64,000 nucleotides of DNA, from assembly GCA_051362555.1 (NCBI GenBank), contig CM120644.1, forward strand, positions 16,886,534 through 16,950,533, in the 5' to 3' direction. Source of the stretch: Lingula anatina (lineage: Eukaryota; Animalia; Brachiopoda). The notes beneath the pieces are model-generated. The model ran no database searches. It saw only the letters and a program-made list of their open reading frames with translations, and was not told the origin of the DNA. The position numbers and the translations under genes are program-made. This document shows, in pieces, positions 54,736 through 64,000 of this stretch (the first letter of the stretch is position 1; each line of letters starts with the position of its first letter).

Positions 54736-55122
54736 ATGGCGGTGATAGAATGGGTTTTACGGGAGATCTTAACATCCCCCACAACTTTATTTATTATCGT
54801 GGTAGCAACGATCCTTTTTCACGTATTTCTCAAAGAGGCCAAGTTTGGCCAGAATTTCCCGTCTGGTCCATGGGGACTGCCTTTTGTCGGTGTGTTGCCG
54901 TTTCTCGGCGAACATCCCGAAATAAACATGATGGAATGGGCGAAGAAGTACGGCAAGGTGTTCAGCGTCCGAATGGGTCCTGAAACGGTCATTATGCTGC
55001 AAGGCTACGAAGCGGTCAGGGACGCCTTTTCCAGAAAAGCTGCGGTTTTTTCAGGAAGGCCACACATTCCAGTTTTTGATATCATGAATGATAGAGGTGA
55101 TGTTAACTCATTTTTTATCTAT

Positions 55123-55157
<35 letters not shown>

Positions 55158-57695
55158 TTCTTTGATGTCTGTATATTATATGCCATGTCACGGCTATCAA
55201 TACATGCCTTCTTCTACGAGCAAAATTAGCACTATAATTCATACTTTAGATTATTATTATTATTATTATTATTAATTAGTATATTGCCTGTTTACAGTGT
55301 GATACGTGCCGTCGATCGATACTTTATTTCCTCTACCGACTAAATAAACTGAATAAGAACGGCCAAATACTCTGAAAATATATCATAATAAACAAAAAAA
55401 ACTTGTGTGATTACTATCTGTCTAGTCTAGATTATACTGTCTAGTCTAAAAACTAGATTTAGATATCTGTGGCAACTACTTTTATAATCTAAGATATTCA
55501 GAGAATAAATAAAATAATTACGTTGCCGCATTTTTTTTTCATTTCTTTAGGTCTGGTAGTTTTGGACTATGGGCCTGCTTTCACGGCACAAAGGCAATTC
55601 ACAATGCAATACATTGCCCACGCCAACAACGTGAAACACATAGATGGTGAGGTGGACGCCCTCTTGCGGTATATTCGAGAACAACGTGGTGAGCCGTTCC
55701 AGTTCAACTTCCCGATGAAGGCGGCCACCTCTAATGTTATCGGCACCGTCCTGTTTGGAAGTCGCCAAGGATACGACGATCCCGTCTTTGAGCGTCTCCT
55801 GCAAGTCTTCCAAAAAGCCATGTTATTGAGCGGCCAGCTGAGCATCAGGCAATTTCTACCTTTTTTATCCTTTATTCCCTCAGTTGATGAAAGAAAAGCC
55901 GCATGGGGGGAGTTTTCGGACATCCTCAACGAAATGTTGGTTGAGCACAGAGCCACTTACAGAGAGGGGACAACTCGGGGGTTTATAGATGCGTTCATTC
56001 ACAAGGTAGGTTTTTAAAAATAAACTTCATATATCCATCCGATTTGCATTTCACTTTTCTAGTAGTTGCACCTCTGCTATCATACTCCCTATCATGAATT
56101 TGATTTAAGACATGCTCTCTTGCTCAATAATAAAGCTGCTCGTGTACTATTTTCTCTGGCAACCTTTCTTTAATAAATATATCACAATTCTGATTGTATC
56201 TTCTGAGACTTTAGCTGTTGGTGAATATTATTATTGGTTTTAGATTAATGAAAACGAGAATGGCGGCCAGAATCTTTTCACAGAAGCCGACCTTCTACCA
56301 AGCCTGCTCACGCTGTATTTCGCCGGCTCGGATACCGTATATCTAACGCTTGCCTGGGGAATGCTCTTCCTTCTCCACCACCCCGCCGTCTGCAAGAGAA
56401 TACAAGACGAACTGGATCGAGAAGTAGGGAAATCCCGGCGTCCAACGCTCGCTGATAGGCAAAATCTTCCATACACCAACGCCGCTTTGATGGAGGTACA
56501 ACGCCTTAATTTCATTGCCCCGATTTCGGGCCCGCACAAAGCACTGAGGACGGTCAATTTTCGGGGATACACCATCCCCGAAGGAACGACCGTCTTTGCC
56601 AACCAGTGGTCAATTATGATGGACGAGGAGAAATGGCCGAATCCTCAGCAGTTCGACCCATCGAGGTTTTTGGACGAATTTGGGAACGTCAAGAAAAACG
56701 TGGCCTGGATTCCGTTTTCTGTGGGTAAGATGGCGTCGTTTTTAATGCTGATTTTAAAATATCCTCTTCAGATTTTAAGTCACTGGTAACGTATCTTTTG
56801 TAATTGATACATTTTCATTACCAGTTTAAAAGCTCACTGCTTTTATCTTTTTTTACGACTCAACCAGCTAATGAACTTCTTGATTTTCTTACAAGCAAAT
56901 GTAAACTTTTAACTTTTAGATGAAATAAATGAATTTTTAAAAAAGCCTTTATCTAACCGCAGCATCTGTTTTTAATATTAACTTTAATTTTACATATTAC
57001 TCCCAACTTTTTTTAACTTTTCTCGGTCTTATTTAATTTTATTTAATCTTTTTTAAATCACATAAGGCAAAGCAATCTCCGTTTTATATGTACAATGGTT
57101 GAATAAAGTTTAATACTACCTTCAACGACCGAAAAAGAAATCTTTGAGAATGTTTGTAGAGTGCTCACTTATGCAACCCTCACCTCACCCCAGGGGAAAA
57201 GAAACGCATAGATTTAGCATTTTCTTTTCTCGGTAATTCGGTTCTATCGCAAAGTCTTCAAGAACAATATTTTTTTGTGTCTAATCCAGAGCTCCATTTC
57301 GATTTATCTAATTATTATTTTTTTTATGTCCACCTGCCTTATGCCACCCTTACCTCACCCCAGGGTACTAAAAGAAACGCATAGAAAACTTTTTTCTTTT
57401 CCCGGTAGTGCGTTTCTATCGCAAAGACTTCAAGAACAATATTTTTGCGTCTAATCCAGAGCTCCCTATCGATTAAGCTAATGTTTTGTTGTTTTTTTTT
57501 TTTTTTTCACCAGGAAAGCGCTCTTGTCCCGGCGAAGTTCTGGCCAGACAAGAAATATTCCTTGTGCTAACGGCCTTGTTGCAGGCGTTTTCATTTCGGT
57601 CACCAGATGGCGAAGCTTTACCGGAATGCGTTGGCAAGACAGGCTCACTTTACGTCTGTCCCGATTTTAACGTCTGCGCCGTACCAAGATTTTAA
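54736..57695 (+). CDS. Cytochrome P450, CYP2 clan, copy A (492 aa, 4 exons)
   Basis: Exons 54736-55096, 55551-56005, 56244-56724, 57514-57695 (1479 nt). N-terminal TM anchor, PSGPWGLPFVG, I-helix AGSDT, K-helix EVQR, FDPSRF, heme motif PFSVGKRSCPGE. Confidence 0.95.
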
Positions 57696-58630
57696 TGGAA
57701 CAGCCTGTGCTGCCTATGGAATGTCTTGTGACTAACCTTGCAAGCTGAACCAAGTTCATTTTGTTTGTCATTTTTCGCTTAATACGTGTCCTTATTACTA
57801 TTATCCGAAGTACATGTAAAAGCAACTAAATTGATTTAAATTCCCTTTGTAATATTTCCTTTATTTCATTTTTTTGACCCATTTTTTTCAAAAGACATTA
57901 CATATCGGGGGCATATTAATATCAAAATCAGCGAAACACCCATTCTCCCTCCGAGATAAATAAGCATTTTTCCATCACTGTGCCTTAATAACGTATTTTA
58001 AAAAAATACCCTCTTCTGTTGTTGGAGGACATCATACACTGATCACTGACTGATCACGGAATTTTGATCAAGTTTCGAACAGAACAGGTGAAAGCTCCTT
58101 TGAGTTGAAAAAAAGTGTAAAAACGTGTAGGGAGAAATCACTCTTAGAAGTTACCCATCAAAATACAAATATATTACAGATAAAACCAGGAGGTTGTTAT
58201 TTCAGCCCTTTTTACTTTGCTTTATGGGACAGAATCCTGGAATCCGGCGCCGAAAATACCCTCTACCAGGGCCGCAGTTATTATTCTGTGAACATTTTTT
58301 GCTGAGAAAGTCCATCTATTTAACCAGAGATATATCTGTTAATATCTAGTGAAAAATCTATGGCCCTTTTAGAGGGTACGCCGTACGTTAGCGTAGGCCC
58401 AAAACGCACTGAAATAAATGAAACTGAAATGCGTTATACAAGAAAATATTATTATTATTATTATTAAAGCCAGATATTTAAGATAAAAAATGAACCTTGG
58501 CGATGGCGCTGCCGATTGCGTCTCAGATCACAACAAACGCACGCGTTAGCTACGCCAATACAGGAATAAACAACTCAAAACTTGATGTTGGCGCAACGAA
58601 TTAATGACTTGGTTAGGTTGTTACATGGAT

Positions 58631-58643
58631 AGGTCAGAGGTCA
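58631..58643 (+). promoter_or_regulatory. Perfect DR1 element AGGTCA-G-AGGTCA upstream of CYP copy B
   Basis: Both half-sites intact; only the spacer differs from copy A. Confidence 0.6.
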
Positions 58644-59231
58644 GAAGTTAAGACAGTAACAGTAGGAGTACGCGGTTCCTATAGGCCAAGGTACGAAAGG
58701 GCCCCCGACCTCAACAACATTGACGGTTTTTGCTTGTTCTTTTCAATATTCCAAGGTATGGTTTGTGGCACTAATTATGTCATTCTTAAGGACTACTCAT
58801 ACGCAAAGCATTGTACCTCTAGTAGACACTAGCCACTTTCAATACGTTTCTGCCTGCACGGTGTCTACGATTCTTTACCCCTATAAAAACCAACAAAATC
58901 AACATGGTTATTTCAACGACATGCTGATAACGAGCAAGATCCAGGTGAATGTTTTCTCATTAACGAGCACTTAAACTGAATTAGTCGATTTACGGACTTT
59001 CTCTATTTCGAATTTGCGATTGTTTTTCAGAAGAAAAAAAAGCCCTGTTGTAACATGCCATAAGGAACGCTGCGTTTATAGAAACAAAAACTCTGGAGGT
59101 TCAAAAAATGCATTTATGTATTATATGGTTATCGAGCGACAACTGCAGGCAGTGTTAAACAGAAAAAAAAAATTAGACTAGATATGTGAGTATAGATAAC
59201 GCCTCTGATCTCACAGCATTTCGTCTGTAAT

Positions 59232-61888
59232 ATGGCGGCGATAGAATGGGTTTTACGGGAGATCTCAACATCTCCCACAACTTTATTGCTTATCGTGCTA
59301 GCAACGATCCTTCTTCACGCATTTATCAAAGAGGCCAAGTATGGCCAGAATTTCCCGTCTGGTCCATGGGGACTGCCTTTTGTCGGAGTGTTGCCGTTTC
59401 TCGGCGAACATCCAGAGATCACCATGATGGAATGGGCCAAGAAGTACGGCAAGGTGTTCAGCGTCCGAATGGGTCCTGAAACCGTCATTTTGCTGCAAGG
59501 CTACGAAGCAGTCAGGGACGCTTTTTCCAGGAAATCGGCGATTTTTTCAGGAAGGCCGCATGTTCCAACTTTTGATTTCATGAATGATAGAGGTAAAACA
59601 AGTCTTTCACTTTTTATTTATTTATTTATTTATTTATCTGTACATCATGCAGCATGCCAGGTCTCCCCTATAGACAGTTAGAATGCATGGCCTCTACCAG
59701 TTATATGACCTTATTGTAAATTACTGTTTGAAAATACTATTTATCTTGCTATAAATGATAATTTTCGTTTATTCATATCATAAAACACGAAAAAACGAGT
59801 CAATACTGTTTTGTCTAAGAACCAGATTTAGATATTTGCGACAACTATTTCAATAGCTTAAAAATATTCATATTCATTCATAGAATAAAAACATATTTCC
59901 TCCGTTTTAAGGTCTTTTAGTTCTGGAATACGGATCTGCCTTCACGGCACAAAAAAATTTCACAATGCAATACATCGCCCATGCCAACAATGAAAAACAC
60001 GTAAATAGCGAAGTGGACGCCCTTTTGCGGTACATTCGAGAACAACGCGGTAAGCCGTTCCAGTTCAACTTCCCGATGAAGGCAACCACCTCTAATGTCA
60101 TAACCACCGTCCTGTTTGGAAGTCGCCAAGAATACGACGATCCAGTTTTTAAGCGTCTCCTGCAAGTCTTCCAAAAAGCAATGTTATTGAGCGGCCAGCT
60201 AAGCATCAGGCAATTTCTACCTTTTTTAACTTTCATCCCCTCAGTTGATGAAAGAAAACGCGCATGGGGGGAGTTTTCGGACATCCTCAATGACATGTTG
60301 GTTGAGCACAGAGCCACTTACAGAGAGGGGACCACTAGAGGCCTTATTGATGCTTTCATTCACAAGGTAGATTTAAAAAAAAAAAGAAAAAAGAAAAAAG
60401 AAAAAACTTCATATATCCCTTCGATTTGCATTGCGCAGGGAACTTTCCATGCAACTTTTCTTGTAGTTGCACCTCTGCTATCATACTCCCTGTCATGAAT
60501 TTGATTTCAGAAATGCTCTCTTGCTCAATAATAAAGCTGCTCGTTTATCGTTTTCTCTGGCAATCTTTCTTTATTAAATATGTCTCCTTTCTGAATACAT
60601 CTCTTGACACTGATGAATATTATTACTGGTTTTAGATTATTGAAAACGAGAACGGCGGCCAGAATCTTTTCACAGAAGCCGATCTTTTACCAAGCCTGCT
60701 CACGCTGTATTTCACCGGCTCTGATACCGTATCTCTGACTCTTTCCTGGGGAATGCTCTTCCTTCTCCACCACCCCGCCGTCTGCAAGAGAATACAAGAC
60801 GAATTGGATCGAGAAGTAGGGAAATCCCGGCGTCCAACGCTTGTTGATAGACAAAATCTTCCATACACCAACGCCGCTTTGATGGAGGTACAACGCCTTA
60901 ATTTCATTGCCCCGATTTCGGGCCCGCACAAAGCACTGAGGACGGTCAATTTTCGGGGATACACCATCCCCGAAGGAACGACCGTCTTTGCCAACCAGTG
61001 GTCAATTATGATGGACGAGGAGAAATGGCCGAATCCTCAGCAGTTCGACCCATCGAGGTTTTTGGACGAGTTTGGGAACGTCAAGAAAAACGTAGCCTGG
61101 ATTCCGTTTTCTGTGGGTAAGATGGCGTGGTTTTTTAATGCTGATTTTAAAATATTCTTTTCTAATTTTTTATTCATGGTTACCTATCTTTTGTAATTGA
61201 TAAATTTTCATTACCAGCTTAAAAAGTCACCGCTTTTATCTTTTGTTTTTACTACACACCGTGCTAATGAACTTTTAACTTTTAAAGGAACTAAATGATT
61301 TTAAAAAAGCCTTTATCTAACCGCAGCATCTGTTATTAATATTAAAACTTATTTTACATATTATTCTCAACTTTTCTTTTTTTATTTTCCCCAGTATTAT
61401 TTAATTTTATTTCATCTTTTTTTTAAAACACATAAGGCAAAACAATCTCCTTTTTATAACATATGTACAATGGTTGAATAATATTGAATAAAGTTTAATA
61501 CTACCTTCAACGACCAAAACAAAAATCTTTGAGAATATTTGTAGTATACTTAATTATGCCACCCTCACCCCACCCCAGGGTGCTAAAAGAAACGCATGCA
61601 AAGCGTTTTTCTTTTCCCGGTAGTTCGGTTCTACAATCTTCAAGAACGATATTTTTCGTCTACCAGAGCTCCATTTCGATTTATCTAATCGTTTTTTTTC
61701 CACCAGGAAAGCGCTCTTGTCCCGGCGAAGTGCTGGCCAGACAAGAAATATTCTTTGTGCTAACGGCCTTGTTGCAGGCGTTCTCGTTTCGGTCATCAGA
61801 TAGCGAAGTTTTACCAGAATGCGTCGGCAAAACAGGCTCAATTTACGTCTGTCCCGATTTTCACGTCTGCGCCGTGCCAAGATTTTAA
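59232..61888 (+). CDS. Cytochrome P450, CYP2 clan, copy B (492 aa, 4 exons)
   Basis: Exons 59232-59592, 59912-60366, 60636-61116, 61707-61888, same lengths as copy A (361/455/481/182); I-helix TGSDT; heme motif intact. Confidence 0.95.
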
Positions 61889-62882
61889 TGGAACTGCCCA
61901 AACAGCCGATGGAATGCCTCGTGACTAACCTTGCAAGCAGAACCAACTTCATTTTGTTGTTATATTTGGCTTCATGAATGTCCTTATTACTAACATCAGA
62001 AGCACGTGTAGAAGCAACTTAGGTCTGTTGAAACTCCTTGAAGCAACTAAATTGGCCCACTTTATATATTTTTTTTACTTCTCACCCCAACCCCTTAACC
62101 AGTCGAGGCAGATTGTTTAAATCCATCTTCGGCTTAAAGTATGCTTTTTTTTATTTTGGTTATTAGAGATTCAGTCTTCTGATAAAATGTTCAATGTCCT
62201 CTTCATTATATGCTTGTATGCTTCTTGTTGATCTTGTTAATAAAATACCATTTTGAAACTTGTGAGAGATGTAGATTATAAAAATGCGACGTGTTTTCTA
62301 TATCCAACTAATTAGTGAATAAATTGAAAGAAGTAAAAAGAAATTGTTGACTATCAGGCCCGCACCCAGGCATTTCAAAGTGTTCTTGCATCGATCTTGT
62401 TGATATAGGTTCTATGCAGTAGTTGCCGACATGTGGTTACTTTTTTGACAGAACCATGCTTCAACAAAGCCAAGCTTTGACCAGCCCGAAGGAGCACTAC
62501 TGTATATTACACAATGCAGCAGTGCAACAGACATATTAGTCAGTTAATTGGTAGCGACACACCTGACTACACACTTCTCCAGGCAGAAATGAGATCTTTT
62601 TTTTTTTTTTTTTTTTTAAGAATGCATTTTAACCTAGGCATACCTTTGAAACTGAAATATTCCAAAATTTAAAAAATGTCAAGTCTCTAAGTTTACGGCT
62701 TTCAGTTGATATTTTCCGATTCTTAATGAATGGTTTAATTCGGTAAACAGCGAAGATAAACTAACATCACGCCAGACCTCTTGACCTGCTACCCTGACGA
62801 AGAAGAGGTTAGCTTATCGCTAGATAGCAGTCGAAAGAGGGATTAACTACTTCCCAGGGTCGGATGACACTTTCTCAGTGAC

Positions 62883-64000
62883 ATGGCAATGATCGAATGG
62901 ATTCTACGGGAGATCTTAACATCTCCCACAGCTTTATGTATTATCTTGGGAACAGCGTTCATTTTTCACCTGTTCCTAAGAGAAGGCAAGTATGGTCAGA
63001 ATTTCCCGTCTGGTCCATGGGGTTTGCCTTTTGTCGGAGTGTTGCCGTTCCTCGGTGAACATCCAGAGATCACCATGATGGAATGGGCGAAGAAGTACGG
63101 CAAGGTGTTCAGCGTCCGAATGGGTCCTGAAACCGTCATTTTGCTGCAAGGCTACGAAGCAGTCAGGGACGCTTTTTCCAGGAAATCGGCGATTTTTTCA
63201 GGAAGGCCCCATGTTCCAACTTTTGATTTCATGAATGATAGAGGTAAAGCAAGTCTTTCACTATTTATTTATTTATTAATTTATTTATTTATTTTTAATG
63301 TCTGTACATCATACAGCATGCCAGGTCTCCCCTATAGACAGTTAGAATGCATATGTCCCTCTAACAATAATATGACCGTATTGAAAATTACTATTTGAAA
63401 ATACCATTTACCTTGGTATAAATGATATAATTTTCGTTTATTCATATCATAAAACGCAAAGAAAACTGAGTCTTTACTATCTAGTCTTAATACCAGATTT
63501 AGATATTTGCGACAACTTTATCAATAGTTTAAAATATTCCTATTCATTCATAGAATAAAAACATATTTCTTCTGTTTTTAGGTCTTTTAGTTCTGGAATA
63601 CGGATCTGCCTTCACGGCACAAAAAAATTTCACCATGCAATACATTGCCCATGCCAACAATGAGAAACACGTAAATAGTGAGGTTGACGCCCTCTTGGGG
63701 TATATTCGAGAACAACGCGGTAAGCCGTTCCAGTTCAACTTCCCGATGAAGGCGACCACCTCTAATGTTATCGGCACTGTCCTATTTGGAAGTCGCCAAG
63801 AATACGACGATCCCGTCTTTAAGCGTCTCCTGCAAGTCTTCCAAAAAGCGATGTTATTGAGCGGCCAGCTAAGCATCAGGCAATTTCTACCTTTTTTATC
63901 CTTTATTCCCTCAGTTGACGAAAGAAAAGTCGCATGGAGGGAGTTTTCAGAGATCCTCAACGAAATGTTGGTCGAACACAAGACTACTTACAGGAAAGAT
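62883..64000 (+). CDS. Cytochrome P450, CYP2 clan, copy C (5' part, cut by window edge)
   Basis: Exon 1 62883-63243 (361 nt), exon 2 from 63582 open to window end; near-identical to copies A and B. Confidence 0.92.

Noticed and set aside
55547-63981. Minus-strand ORFs of 120-145 aa over the CYP exons
   Set aside because: Antisense shadows of CYP coding exons, repeated only because the CYPs are duplicated; no splice chain or motifs

Overview
Animal (eukaryotic) genomic DNA, AT-rich with many microsatellites and MITEs, probably an invertebrate; the species cannot be named from sequence. Positions 1-48 kb hold the 5' part of a large minus-strand polycystin-1-family gene, PKD1L1-like in its REJ region. 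I traced 24 GT-AG coding exons by hand, all in phase (about 5.57 kb CDS, about 1,860 aa), encoding signal peptide - WSC - about 15 PKD domains - start of the REJ module; the gene runs off the left edge. Its 5' leader holds three uORFs, and RFX X-box motifs occur in its introns and exons. Head-to-head on the + strand (54.7-64 kb) is a tandem array of three 4-exon CYP2-clan cytochrome P450 genes (two complete at 492 aa, one cut by the window edge) with gene-conversion-like mosaicism and DR1 nuclear-receptor elements. Comparing the CYP paralogs reveals a 4.6 kb transposon-like insertion (49353-53919) between the polycystin and CYP promoters. All calls are by eye; no database searches were run.
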